A model generated the notes under the pieces. That model saw only the letters and a program-made list of their open reading frames with translations, was not told the DNA's origin and did no database searches. Positions 1-13,390 of a DNA stretch of 64,000 nucleotides are shown here, one piece after another. Numbering within the stretch: position 1 is the stretch's first letter; each line of letters opens with the position of its first letter. The position numbers and the translations under genes were made by a program. Source of the stretch: the human T2T-CHM13v2.0 reference genome, Homo sapiens; the NCBI RefSeq assembly GCF_009914755.1, contig NC_060929.1. The stretch is one strand, 5' to 3'.

Positions 1-974
1 TATAACATAGCGCTTCTCCTCCAACCACCTCCAGTGCCAATTCTGTTTGTTCTTGCTTTTATTTATCTCCCTGCCTCTAGAATGTAAACACAAAAGCAGA
101 GAATGTGCTTGTTCTGTTCACTGTTGCAACTCCAGCCCTTAGACAGAAGGCACTCAAACTTTACCAAATGAATTATTTTGAATGGAAAACACAGACTTGG
201 AGTTTGTGTAAATGATAATTAAAAGTATTCTCCAAAACTTGAAAACAGTATATAAGTTGTGTATAAATCACAGCAGCAAATATTCCTTCCATTTGCTGCA
301 GGCCCAAAAACTGACACTGAGGACAGTAGGCAGATTTCTACTCAAGCAAGGAATTCTCCACCCCTCCCTTTTTTTGTATACTTCCAGAAAATTCTCCAGG
401 CCATTTCCTTCTCTAGGAAAATACAGTAACAGTGCAGATAGTAAAAGCTGGACAATTGTTTTTTTAAGATCAGAGGTGCTGACCACAGATTCTGAACCTT
501 CATTACGGCCTCCTCCTCCTCCCTGTCACCTTCCAACTTCTTCTGCTCCAATGGTTTGGCTCATAAATCCATCTCTCTAATTCCTTGCTTCTCATCACTT
601 CATTTACTTTGCTATATGACCCTTCCAGTAGGCAGGAGAAATAGATATTCTAACAGCTATACCACCACTCTGGGTTATCCTGGCCAAACGCTGGACAAGG
701 AGCCAGGTGGCAACCTGGGCCACTGCCTTAGCTCTGCCACTTTCAAGCTCTGAGACCTTGAACAAATTACTGCACTTCTCTGTGCCTTGGTTCTCAAGTC
801 CGTGAGAGGAGGAAGGTGGAGCAGATGATTTGGAAGAGAAACACAATAAAGGCGACCACATAATGTTTTGTTTTTAAGTTAACTGTAGCAAACACTCATC
901 ACGGTTCATTATCAAGAGAGTCTGAATATTCAACTTGATAATTCTATTTGTTTGTTTCATATAGCTTTACTTAC

Positions 975-1097
975 CAACACAACCCACACCAGTTGGGTTC
1001 AACTGAAAATCGGGTGGGCAGTTACACTCATAGCGACCAGGCGTGTTGACACATAGGCCATTGACACAGTTTATAGGATCTGCACACTCATCAATAT
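975..1097 (-). CDS. FBN2: FBN2 exon 36, cbEGF22 ([41 protein letters not shown])
   Basis: 123 nt; acceptor TAG|AT, donor TTG|GTAAGT; six-Cys cbEGF consensus. Confidence 0.96.
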
Positions 1098-1704
1098 CTA
1101 GGAGAAGCATTTAAAATGCCCAGGTTACCATTTTTACTTTTTCTGTGCATACTGCTGTTCCAAAGAATTTGGTGGAATTTTTGCAAGTGAGTAGATTAAA
1201 GATCACTAGGAAAGACTCAACACAATAAAATAAATATCTTAAATTTTGGTATATACCTAAAACAGGTTCCATACATCAAGGACAGAGTATTTATGACAGC
1301 GTTTAACATCCTTAACAAATACATTGTAATTAATTAAAATTTGCAACTCTGAGGACGAAAAAATTATGTCACTATTTGCTTAACAAAAATCACATATATA
1401 CATGTATATATATATATACATGTACTATATATACATATACATGAACATATATATAAAGAGACACTTTACTAGTTTCATGTCAGATATTTAACAATCATAC
1501 AGATAACAATTTAATATTATTTACATAAAAATGCATCAATTCCATAGTTACAAATAAATGCATCTGAATATAATTTTCTTTTTCTGAAAAATGTGTAACC
1601 TAATGCATAGATTAGCTAAGCAGAAATCTCAGGAATTTTTATGCTTAGCACAGAATACTCATTTCAATGAATCAGAACACAACTTAGCTGGTAACTGACC
1701 ATAC

Positions 1705-1827
1705 CTGTACAGTTCCCTCCTGTTCTGTCCAATTCATAACCATCATCGCAGATGCAATGAAACATTCCAGGCAGGTTATTACATGTTCCAAAGACACAAA
1801 TGTTTTGGAAGGAGCATTCATCAATAT
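1705..1827 (-). CDS. FBN2: FBN2 exon 35, cbEGF21 ([41 protein letters not shown])
   Basis: 123 nt; acceptor CAG|AT, donor CAG|GTATGG. Confidence 0.96.
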
Positions 1828-2306
1828 CTGAAGATTTTAAAAAAAAGTAATCTCTTATTTAAGAAGACATTTTAAAATTTTAATGTAATGTCTAACATTA
1901 GCGCATTTTTCTGCCCCCTCAGATGTTTTTATTCAGTAAGGCTTTTTTTTTCTCTTTTTTGGCTAGGTAGATAAGTGTAAAGGGCAAGCAACTAATGTTC
2001 ACCTATGGAACTAAGATATACAAGAATACTGTTTTCTTCGTAAAATGAGTGTCTAGTATTTTGAATGACTTGGATTATGATATACTTAAAGAAGAGTTGG
2101 CTCAAGGCACACAAAATACAAAAATTAAATATAAACATGTCAAAGAAATGAAATTGTGAAAAAAAGATAAAAGCAAATTCAAAGATTCTAACTAATTAGT
2201 GCAAACAGCAGACATTTTATAGTTAATAAATGTTTTATATTATGAAAAAACAAATACATAATCATTTTTAAATATTGGAGATATTAAAATTAACTTTTTA
2301 GTTAAT

Positions 2307-2360
2307 TTAGTTAATTAAATAAATTTAGTTAATTAAATAAATTTAGTTAATTAAATAAAT
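2307..2360. repeat. AT-rich 18-bp tandem repeat (ttagttaattaaataaat) x3
   Basis: Three direct copies, flanked by attaactttttagtt on both sides. Confidence 0.85.
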
Positions 2361-3039
2361 ATTAACTTTTTAGTTTTTACTTCCTTTTTATTTTGTAATC
2401 TTATCTGTTATTATAAAGCAGTTTTAAACAGAGAACTAATTTCTTCCCTAATTTCATGTTAATAAGATGATCCATTGACCCCACATTCTAGTAAATTTCA
2501 TTAAAATATCTCTACTGAATTGGACTAAAAATTCATTTATGAAAAGTTTATGAGAGTCTTCCATGAGGCTTTAACTCAAAGTTAGTAAATATGAAGTTAT
2601 CACTCCTCACTCAGGTGAAAATCAATGTGTATGTATAGCTGTGGAAATAATCTGAATTTCTACTCTCAAAAAGAGGATGGATATTTATGTATATAAATTG
2701 CCTAACACTCTGAGAATGCAGACCAGGCACGTCATTTTAGGCTAGACTAGACAAATCATTCTAAACTGCTGTCCTCAGACAGTTATATCTTAAGTCTAAA
2801 CAAGACTTCTTTGGTCATTCTTCCCAGTTAAAATATTGGTTTCAACTATTTTAGATTTAAGGTATGGTTCCAATCATGTTTAAAGTTTAACATGTGCAAA
2901 GGTGTCTTTTATTGTGTTGGGGGTAAGAAAGTTATTCTCTTTATATAAATGAGTAAAAACTCTTTAAGCTAGATTACAATTGAATTGTGTTAATTTATAC
3001 TCAAAAAGGGAATTGTATTATTATCCTTCTGACTATGCA

Positions 3040-3332
3040 TTTTTTTTTTTTTCAGACAGGTTCTTGCTCTGTCACACAGGCTGGAGTAGTAGCACGATCA
3101 TGGCTCACTGCAGCCACAATCTCCTGGGCTCAAGCAATCCTCCCCCTTCAGCCTTCCAGGTAGCTGGGACTATGGGCAAACACCATCACACCTAGCTAAT
3201 TTAAAAAGGTTTGCAGAGACAGGGTCTCCCTATGTGGCCTAGGTTGGTCTTGAACTCCTGGGCTCATGGGATCCTCCCTCCTTGGCCTTCCAAAGCACTG
3301 TATTAATAGGTGCGGGCCACCATGCCCGATCC
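3040..3332 (-). mobile_element. AluJ-like SINE
   Basis: Poly-T followed by a diverged reverse-complement Alu dimer. Confidence 0.88.
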
Positions 3333-4115
3333 ATTTTACTTTTAAATGAACTTTATTAGAAATTTCTTCCACCTAAATAATGTAATTGTTGTATAAAAGA
3401 ACGCATTTTAAAAGATTACTGTCTTTCCTTTATAAAAGTGATAAATATTCAAAAATTCAAATAATACAGAAAACAAAACAGCAAAACAATTACTCAAAAA
3501 TGTTTCTATCTAGAAAGAATCATTTAAGATGATGAGACATTTTTATATACATATTTAGACAGTGAAGCTAAAACAATTTGTATGCATCAGATAAATTTAC
3601 CATCATCTCAACAGTTTTAAAATACTTTTCTAATGTTAAGAATAAAAAACGCTAAAAATTTTTTGGCTTTATGCTAAAGTTGAAATGTAATTTTTAGACA
3701 GTATTAATGAATTCTATACAATAAATTATAAGAAAATTAGCACTCATGTATCCTTCCAACTCCTTATTTTTATTTAATTATGTTCACTTTTTTAATGTCT
3801 ATGGCAGTTTACCATAATTTCCACAGTGTTTAGTACTAATTATTTACTTAAAGGGATCAATAATGGTTTTATGACAACTTCTCCATTTGTTTCTTGATTG
3901 GCTGTGTTTCATTGCTGATTGTTCTTTCTCCAAGAAGGGTGGGACTTTTATGAAATCACAGGTGTTTTCTACCTGACTTATTTCATGTGTAAGAAAATGC
4001 TTATTATCTTTACAATTAATATTAAGTATAATATTTTTCACATTTCCTCAGAATTCTGTGGGCATGGATCTAATGTCTTTTGATATTGAATATTTCTGTT
4101 TAGCTCATGAATTGC

Positions 4116-7100
4116 ATTTTTTAAAAATTATACTTAAGTTCTGGGATACATGTACAGAATGTGCAGGTTTGTTACATAGGTATATGTGTGCCATGGTGGT
4201 TTGCTGCATCCATCAACCTGTCATCTACATTAGGTATTTCTCCTAATGCTATCCCTCCCCTAGCCCCTCACCCTCCGACAGGCCCCAGTGTGTGATGTTT
4301 CCCTCCCTGTCCACGTGTTCTCACTGTTCAACTCCCACCTATGAGTGAGAACATGCAGTGTTCGGTTTTCTGTTCCTGTCTTAGTTTGCTGAGAATGATG
4401 GTTTCCAGCTTCATCCACGTCCCTGCAAAGGACATGAACTCATCCTTTTTTATGGTTGCATAGTATTCCATGGTGTATATGTGCCACATTTTCTTTATCC
4501 AGTCTATCATTGATGGTCATTTGGGTTGGTTCCAGGTCTTTGCTATTATGAACAGTGCTGCAATAAACATATGTGTGCATGTGTCTTTATAGCAGAATGA
4601 TTTATAATCCTTTGGGTATATCCTCAGTAATGGGATTGCTGGGTCAAATGGTATTTCTGGTTCTGGATCCTGGAGGAATCGCCACACTGTCCTCCACAAT
4701 GGTTGAACTAATTTATACTCCCACCAATAGTGTAAAAGTGTTCCCATTTCTCCACATGCTCTCCAGCATCTGTTGTTTCCTGACTTTTTAATGATCGTCA
4801 TTCTAACTGGCATGAGATGATATCTCATTGTGGTTTTGATTTGCATTTCTCTAATGACCAGTGAGGATGTGCTTTTTTTCACGTTTGTTGGCCTCATAAA
4901 TGTTTTCTTTTGAAAATTGTCTGTTCATATCCATTGCTCACTTTTTTATGGGGTTGTTTTTTTTCTTGTAAATTTAAGTTCCTTGCAGATTCTGGATATT
5001 AGCCCTTTGTCCGATAGATAGATTACAAAAATTTTCTTCCATTCTGTAGGTTGCCTGTTCACTCTGATGATAGTTTCTTTTGCTGTGCACAAGCTCTTTA
5101 GTTTAATTAGATCCCACTTGTCAATTTTGGCTTTTGTTGCCATTGCTTTTGGTGTTTCAGTCATGAAGTCTTTGCCCATGCCTATGTCTTCAGTGGTATT
5201 GCCTAGGTTTTCTTCTGGCGTTTTTTATGGTTTTAGGTCTTATGTTTAAGTCTTTAATCCACTTGAGTTAACTTTCGTATAAGGGGAAAGAAAGGGGTGC
5301 AGTTTCAGTTTTCTGCATATGGCTAGCCAGTTTTCCCAGCACCATTTATTAAATAGGGAATCCTCTCCCCATTGCTTGTTTTTTTCAGGTTTGTCAAAGA
5401 TCAGATGGTTGTAGATGTGTGGTATTATTTCTGAGGGCTCTGTTCTGTTCCATTGGTCTGTATCTCTGTTTTGGTACCAGTACCATGCTGTTATGGTTAC
5501 TGTGGCCTTGTAGGATAGTTTGAAGTCAGGTGGTGTGATGCCTCCAGCTTTGTTCTTTTTGCTTAGGATTATCTGGCTCTTTTTTGGTTCCATAATTTAA
5601 GGTAGTTTTTCCTAATTCTGTGAAGAAAGTCAATGGTAGCTTGATGGGGATACCATTGAATCTATAAATTACTTTGGGCAGTTGGGCCATTTTCATGATA
5701 CTGATTTTTCCTATCCATGAGCATGGAATGTTTTTCCATTTGTTTGCGTCCTCTCTTATTTCCTTGAGCAGTGGTTAGTGGTTCTCCTTTAAGAGGCCCT
5801 TCACATCCCTTGTAAGTTGTATTCCTATGTATTTTATTCTCTTTGTAGCAATTGTGAATGGGAGTTCACTCATGATTTGGCTATTATTGGTGTATAGGAA
5901 TGCTTGTGATTTTTGCACACCGATTTTGTATCCTGAGACTGCTGAAATTGCTTATCAGCTTTAGGAGATTTTGGGCCGAGATGATGCGGTTTTCTAAATA
6001 TACAATCATGTCATCTGCAAACAGATACAATTTGACTTCCTCTTTTCCTATTTGAATACCCTTTATTTCTTTCTCTTGCCTGATTGCCCTGGCCAGAACT
6101 TTCAATACTATGTTGAATAGGAGTGGTGAGAGAGGGCATCCTTGTCTTGTGCCAGTTTTCAAAGGGAATGCTTCCAGCCTTTGCCCATTCAGTATGATAT
6201 TGGCTGTGGGTTTGTCATAAATAGCTCCTATTATTTTGAGATACATTCCATCTATATCAAGTTTATTGAGAGTTTTTAGCATGAAGGGGTGTTGAATTTT
6301 ATTGAAGGGCCTATTTTATCAAAGGCCTAGTTTTATCGAAGGCCTTACTGCATCTTTTGAGATAATCATGCAGTTTTTGTCATTGGTTCTGTTTATGTGA
6401 TGGATTACATTTACTGATTTGCATATGTTGAACCGGCCTTGCATCCCAGGGATAAAGCCGACTTGATCGTGGTGGATAAGCTCTTTGATGTGCTGCTGGA
6501 TTCGGTTTGCCAGTATTTTATTGAGAATCTTTGCATCAATGTTCATCGGGGATATTGGCTTGAAATTTTATTTTTTTGTTGTGTCTCTTCCAAGTTTCGG
6601 TATCAGGATGATGCTGGCCTCATAAAATGAGTTAGGGAGGAGTCCCTCTTTCTGTTGTTTGGAATAGTTTCAGAAGGAATGGTACCAGCTCCTATTTGTA
6701 CCTCTGGATGAATATGGCTGTCAATCTACCTGTTCCTGGACTTATTTTGTTTGGTAGGCTATTAATTACTGGCTCAATTTCAGAACTTGTTATTGGTCTA
6801 TTAAGGGATTCAACTTCTTCCTGGTTTAGTCTTGGTAGGGTGTATGTGTCCAGGAATTTATCCATTTCTTCTAGATCTTCTAGTTTATTTGCAGAGAGGT
6901 GTTTATAGTATTCTCTGATGGTAGTTTATATTTCTGTGTGATCAGTGGTGATATCCCCCCCTTTATCATTTTTTATTGTGTCTATTTGATTCTTCTCTGT
7001 CTTCTTATTTGTCTCACTAGCAGTCTATCTGTTTTGTTAATCTTTTCAGAAAACCAGCTCCTGGATTCATTGATTTTCTTTAAAGGGTTTATTGTGTCCC

Positions 7101-8336
7101 TGTCTCCTTCAGTTCTGCTCTTAGTTATTTCTTGTCTTCTGCTAGCTACTGAATTTGTTTGTTCTTGCTTCTCGAGTTCTTTTAATTGTGATGTTAGCGT
7201 GTTGATTTTAGATCTTTCTTGCTTTCTCCTGTGGGCATTTACTGCTATAAATTTCTGTCTAAACACTGCTTTAGCTGTGTCCCAGAGATTCTGGCATGTT
7301 GTGACTTTGTTCTCATTGGTTTCAAAGAACTTCTGTATTCCTGCCTTAATTTTGTTATTTACCCAGTAGTCATTCAGGAACAGGTTGTTCAGTTTCCATA
7401 TAGTTGTGCAGTTTTGAGTGAGTTTGTTTTCTTTTTCTTTTTTTTTTTTTTTGAGATGGAGTCTCGCTCTGTTGACCCAGGCTGGAGTGCAGTGGCGTGA
7501 TCTCGGCTCACTGCAAGCTCTGCCTCCCGGGTTCACGCCATTCTCCTGCTTCAGCCTCCTGAGTAGCTACGACTACAGGTGCCCGGCATCATGCCCGGCT
7601 AACTTTTTTTGTATTTTTAGTAGAGATGGGGTTTTGCCATGTTAGCCAGTATGATCTTGATCACCTGACCTCATGATCCACCGGCCTTGGCCTCCCAAAG
7701 TGTTAGGATTACAGGCATGAGCCACTGCGCTCGGCCATGAGTGAGTTTCTTAACCCTGAGTTCTAATTTGGTTGCACTGTGGTCGGAGAGACTGTTTGTT
7801 ATTATTTCCATTCTTTTGCATTTGCTGAGGAGTGTTTTACTTTCAATCATGTGGTCAATTTTAGAATAAGTGCTATGTGGTGCTGAGAAGAATGTATATT
7901 TTGTTGATTTGGGGTGGAGAGTTCTGTAGATCTCTATTAGGTCCACTTGGTCCTGAGCTGAGTTCAGATCCTGAATATCCTTTATTTTCTGTCTCGTTGA
8001 TCTGTCTAATATTGACAGTGGGGTGTTAAAGTCTCCCACTATTATTGTGTGGGAGTCTAAGTCTCTTTGTAGGTCTCTAAGAACTTGCTTTATGAATCTG
8101 GGTACTCCTGTATTGGGTGCATATATATTTAGGACAGTTAGCTTTTCTTGTTGCATTGATCCCTTTACCATTATGTAATGCCCTTCTTTGTCTCTTTTGA
8201 TCTCTGTTGGCTTAAAGTCTGTCTTATCAGAGACTAAGATTGCAATCTCTGCTTTTTATTTTGCTTTCCATTTGCTTGGTAAATATTCCTCCATCCCTTT
8301 ATTTTAAGCCTATGTGTGTCTTTGCACGTGAGATGC
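4116..8336 (-). mobile_element. 5'-truncated primate LINE-1 (L1PA7/8-like): ORF2 fragments and 3' UTR, same orientation as FBN2
   Basis: Broken ORF2 peptides on the minus strand: endonuclease (NIYAPNTG, IIVGDFNTPLS, SDHS), RT ([19 protein letters not shown]) and C-terminal (CWRACGEMGTLLHYWWE). L1 3' UTR and A-tail at about 4116-4330; multiple frameshifts and stops. Confidence 0.95.
7426..7736 (-). mobile_element. AluY nested inside the L1 ORF2
   Basis: AluY-type gcaagctctgcctcccgggttcacgccattctcc; TSD tgagtgagttt at 7415-7425 and 7738-7748. Confidence 0.92.
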
Positions 8337-10433
8337 GTTGCCTTTTCTATCTGAAGTCTTCAATCCTCCTCTATGATTAAAGTTGACAAATGTAGCAAAT
8401 CTAAGTCTTTGTCTTACAATTTAGGCTTTGTATATTCAGTTCTTTGTTTTATTGCAGGAAAATGTTTGGTTGTTTAGTACCTTTTTTCTAGTTGATTTTT
8501 TGGGCTCTCTTCAGCAACACCAATTATACTGATGTTTATAGTTTTTGTCTTTTCTCTAATAGTGTTAATTTCTCTTTCCTCTTTCCACTGTTATTATCTC
8601 AGGCCCTTTCTCTATGCTAGCAATTACATTTTCATCTGTATGTCCTCTGTTTTTTGCTGTTTTTATTTAATAGTCCTCTTATTTTGCTGTATTGGTCCCC
8701 ATTTCTTACTTCCCTTGATTCTACAATCTCCCTTTTACTCTATAGCTCTTATAATCTCTACAAACTTCTTCAACTACATTTATGATTTTATTAAGATCAT
8801 ATATGGCATAAAGTACCTATGGAAAATTTGTTTTATTTCTTGAGTTGTTTTCTTCCATCGTGGGTTGGTTCTTTAGCTGATTTTGTGTTTTTCTTCCTTT
8901 CGTTTTCACAGAATGCCTGCATAGTTGCTACTGTTTTTCAGCTTGTATAGACACTACTTTGTCTGCTCTTTCAAGAGCTTCTATCTACTTTAGTACAGTT
9001 TAAATAACATCTCTTGATATCTTTCCTTCTTTATCAGAGCTTTATGTGGAAGATAGCTGGTTTCGGTTTCATTAAAGCTGTATTCAGTCGCCCAAAGTTT
9101 CGTAAGGTGGAGGGAGAGAAGATTGAGAATGGGGAGAGCTCCTCTGGGCTCTATGTTGATGAACTTAGCCTTTGCTCTCTCCTCAGAAATTATAGAAAAT
9201 GGTCTGTATGTAGGTCTGTTCCATTTAATGGAGTCCTCTCTCATGTTCCTGCAGGGGCTCCTCCAGGTTTTATATTCCCCCATTTTGGTGGAATTTACTG
9301 GGAAATGGCCAACTTCAATAATTTTTTGAATTCTATAGAAATTCTGAGACTTTGGTGAGAAGTGGATGCTTAGTGGAAAATATTCATCGGAGGATCATGT
9401 ATTTATAATAAGATGGGTAGACAACAAGGGATTAAAATAGTAAATTCAGGAGAAACTGTCCAGATGACCCAGACCTTGTGGAGAGGAGAGAAAAACAAGG
9501 AGAATGGCCAGAACCATGGAATTACATTTTTTGGATCTCAAAAGCTGGTGTTCAGCTGAATGGAGCAGAGGGTCCAACTGAGGGTGAACTACAGGTGTGC
9601 CAACCCTCAGCTTCCCTGTCAGTTAGGAGTTTCTCTCTGTGGTAATGACATATGAGAAAACTAGATGTGAAGGAAGTACAGTAAACAGTAACTATTTAGC
9701 ACCATCTTGGGGGAGAGGGAAGTTCTGAAAGGGCCTATGCCACCCATAAAGTAATACACAATTAGGAAGGAAAAATCCTGTCTGGGTATAAAGAATTTAT
9801 GTTGTTGAAAGTGGCTACTGCTGACCTGTTCTTTCTCCCACTAACTCTTGTCAAGCTAATGTAGATAATAAATCATGTCATTCCACATTTACATTGATTC
9901 ACATTTTCTACTAATTCTACTACTAAGCTTCAGTGCTTAGAAGAAACCAGGATTGGGAAAAAAAGGAACTCACCCTACAGTTGCCTTATATAAAATGGAT
10001 CAGATTCTGCCCAATCTTGTGGGTCAACGTAGAAGCACGAACGCTTTCAGTTTCCAACTTCATCTTCCCTACGGCCAACTGTTCATCCCCTTTTTCTGAG
10101 TCTCTCCAAATTGGTTGCTATTTCTGGAGAATTTCATGAACTTTTGGCACACTTTCTTTCTTCAGTGCCACTTCTGATGGTGGAGCAGAGTTGGGCTCCA
10201 CTCTGAACCACCGCAGGTTGTATAATTTGGTTTTGTTTGGTTGATGCTGATGAATTGTGTGTTTGTGTGTGTATATGTGTGTGTGCACGTGTGCCAGTAC
10301 TTGCCAATTCTGTTCATTCTGGTTAGATACTGATGTAGGGGGAAGTTTTTAATATGTTTCATTTTATCATTTTTGCTCAGCAGTTAGGTATTTTTTTTTT
10401 TTTCATGAGGCTGCATGACTGGAAAACTGAGTT

Positions 10434-10756
10434 CTTTTGTTGGTTTGTTTGTTTTTGTTTTTGTTTTTTTTTTTAGACTGAGTTTCGCTCTTGTTGTCCA
10501 GTCTGTAGTGCAATGGCACAATCTTGGCTCACCGCAACCTCCGCCTCCAGGGTTCAAGCAATTTTCCTGCCTCTGCCTCCTGAGTAGCTGGGATTACAGG
10601 CATGAGCCACCATACCCAGCTAATTTTGTATTTTTAGTAGAGATGGAGTTTCTCCATGTTGTTCAGGCTGGTCTTGAACTCCCAACCTCAGGTGATCCAC
10701 CTGCCTCGGCCTCCCAAAGAGCTGGGAATATAGGCGTGAGCCACCACGCCTGGCCC
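10434..10756 (-). mobile_element. AluS-like SINE
   Basis: Full dimer with (GTTT)n tail; TSD aaactgagtt at 10424-10433 and 10757-10766. Confidence 0.92.
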
Positions 10757-11463
10757 AAACTGAGTTTTTTTAAAGGTTTTCTGTGAATCATAAATTCTAC
10801 TGAAGCCCTATGGTGTATAAATTATTTTCAATCTCTCCTTTCTTCATTTATATTTTCATATAGTCCCTATTCATAACACAATGATGGCTCAAACTATATA
10901 TAATGTGAATTGAGTTTCTAATTTAATAGAAAATCCAAATTCTTTTTCTTGGAAAGATATCATACCAGGCACAAAGACCCATTTCTAGGAAAGGTGGATG
11001 ATGTCATCACTTAGAATAAGGAACCACTAGTATTAAGCAAAAGTACAGCCCTTGCTGAATCCCTGAAGAGGACTTCCATTCCCAGACATACAGACAGCAG
11101 TCTCAACCACGAAGGTAAATGCCAAAAATGAGCTTTTTATGATTTTGATAAACACAATAAATAGTGGTAGTTGAGACAAGTAATGGAGCATACTTTAAAA
11201 GCTGAATAGTTTCTCCACATGTCATTCATTTAGTGATAAAAAAGAGAAAGAAGAGAAGAAATGGTTAAAAAAGAAAAAAGAATGATCCAAACTTCCAACT
11301 ACTGGCTCTTGGCCAGGAAAACTTCATAAGAGATGAAAGCCGCCATCATCATTATTCATTCGGCAAAATAATCCACGCTTAAACGAATGACTTTTATAGT
11401 GCAGCATGTGCTATGTATTCTGCTTCCAGGTGGAGCTTGTTCCAGCCCTTGTTGTGGTTTCAT

Positions 11464-11513
11464 TTACTGTGGTTGATCCAACTTGAAAATGAGTTGGAAT
11501 CCTGGTGACCCAC
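11464..11513 (-). CDS. FBN2: Read-through extension of exon 34 into intron 34 ([16 protein letters not shown]-stop): alternative C-terminus of a truncated FBN2 isoform
   Basis: The frame stays open past the GTGGGT donor to a TAA at 11466-11464. I recall this 16-aa tail from a curated short FBN2 isoform but could not check it. Confidence 0.65.
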
Positions 11514-11639
11514 CTTGGCAGGATCTGCTGTCTGAGGCTGGAGTGAAGCCCATCTCACACTCGCAGCGATATGCACCCGGGACATTAAGGCACTGTCCGT
11601 TCTCACAGAGGTTTATGTTTTCTGCACACTCATCAACAT
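11514..11639 (-). CDS. FBN2: FBN2 exon 34, cbEGF20 ([42 protein letters not shown])
   Basis: 126 nt; acceptor CAG|AT, donor AAG|GTGGGT; inside ORF 11464..11655. Confidence 0.97.
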
Positions 11640-13390
11640 CTGTGCAAAAAAGCAAATTACATCTCTGTTAAGTTCCAAATTTCATGACACATTTTCTCCT
11701 TGCTCTATAAATAGATCAGTTTTACTGGCTTGACTTAATGCTCATTAACATGAAACAACAGTTAATCACATTCACTTAAAGGAGGGTATCAACCTGAGAG
11801 AAAATCTATTTATCTTGCCCCCTAACATTCAATTGTAATATAATTAAAGAAAAGCTATTTAACCTGCACCCTAACATCCAATTGTAATATTATTAATAGG
11901 AGAAACGCAGACATCTCTCACATTTGTCTTGTTTCTCTTGTCAGTAGTATGCCAACATTATTTAGATATGAAAAAGAACATTGGAATTAATCTTAAAATG
12001 GTGATCATTCTTTGAGAAAATTATAGTATTCGAATAAATAACTGGCTTTTTCACTAATTCAAGTGTTTTAAAGCAAATTAAAGACACTATGGGAATGGGG
12101 AAAGTTTCTTTCATGTCATTACAATCTTATAAAAATACTCCTATCTTAATTACACAAACAGACATTACTCACAGACCTTAAAGATAATTTAATTCTATCA
12201 AGCAGAATAAGAGGGAAGGAAAAATCACTGTTTAGTGAGGGTGTCATTTGCCATATGCTGTGCTGGTGGCCTGACATGCATTTTTTCACTGAATTCACCA
12301 ATCTCCTGAGGTTTAGAAGAGGAAGAACCTGTGGCTAAGAGCAGCCAAGTAAGCTGACACAGCCACACTGAGCTAATAATGCATGTTGACTGAGCCAGGA
12401 TCTGATTGCAGATGTGTCTGACATGAAAGCCATGCTCTTTCCTTGACACCACAGTGCGGAGAAATGCCAGGAAAGATGCAAACTCTAAGGCTACAAGTTA
12501 TGAAGCTTTAAAACTGAATAAACATGTTTCCTTAAACAGGCATTTGAAAATGATGAGGCTGCATTTTTGATGTCCACAATTTGAAAAAAATTTAGGCTAT
12601 CCGTTAATTATGGGTTTAAAGTGTGTACTGAAAATCAATTGAGAAACCCTTATTTTATAAACTGAAGAGTATTCAACTTTACGTCCAGCAAGATTATCTA
12701 GTCTTATACATGCATATAATGAGAGGATGCTTTATCCTCAAAGAGTATGAATGAATAGAAGCCAAACAGAAGCTATTATTTACTGAAATTTTGTGATGTG
12801 TTCTTCTAAGTCCTTTATTTGTATTATTCCATTTAATCCTTTCAATGCCAGGTGATAAACTACTGAGACTTTGATAAACACATTAAATAGCAGTGATTGG
12901 ATAGGTCATATATCCTATCTTAAAAAGCTGAACAGTTTTCCCATGCCATTCATTTAGGAATAAAAAAGAAGAAAAGAAAATTGTATTATTACTATTGCAT
13001 TTTAAATCAGGACAGACAAGTTAAGTAATTCACTTACAGTTACAGGCAAAAAATGGCATAGACAAGATTTGAATCCAGGTAGTCTGATCCAGACAAAGCC
13101 TGTGTTTTTTTAACCACTGTGTTACAAATGAGTAAGATAAAATGGCGAGTCATTAACAGTACATGATTGTTACAAATGCCGTTATTTGAAAACTTCCAAC
13201 AATATATTTGGAAAGTCATTCAGGTTTTTGTGTTTAATGTAAGAGAAAGATACATAGTCACCTGCAAGTCAAGTATAAAAAAAGAGGTAGTTACTTTTGT
13301 CTCCTTTAATTATAATTTTCTTCAAATAAGGAAGCATATAGAGTGTTCTATGACCATCCCGTCAGAGCACACCTCAGGACTGTCACCCAC

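Noticed and set aside
212-861. Cluster of short ORFs at the window start
   Set aside because: No Cys-rich fibrillin pattern and no splice-consistent exon. The next FBN2 exon (TB4) is not visible before position 1, and the region includes L2/MIR-like fragments.
4328-8171. Series of minus-strand ORFs with endonuclease and reverse-transcriptase motifs
   Set aside because: These are fragments of a dead, 5'-truncated L1 ORF2 broken by frameshifts, stops and an Alu; not an active or novel RT system.
8532-9358. Hydrophobic 100-115-aa ORFs adjacent to the L1
   Set aside because: T-rich low-complexity intron sequence, possibly older LINE debris; the hydrophobicity reflects base composition.
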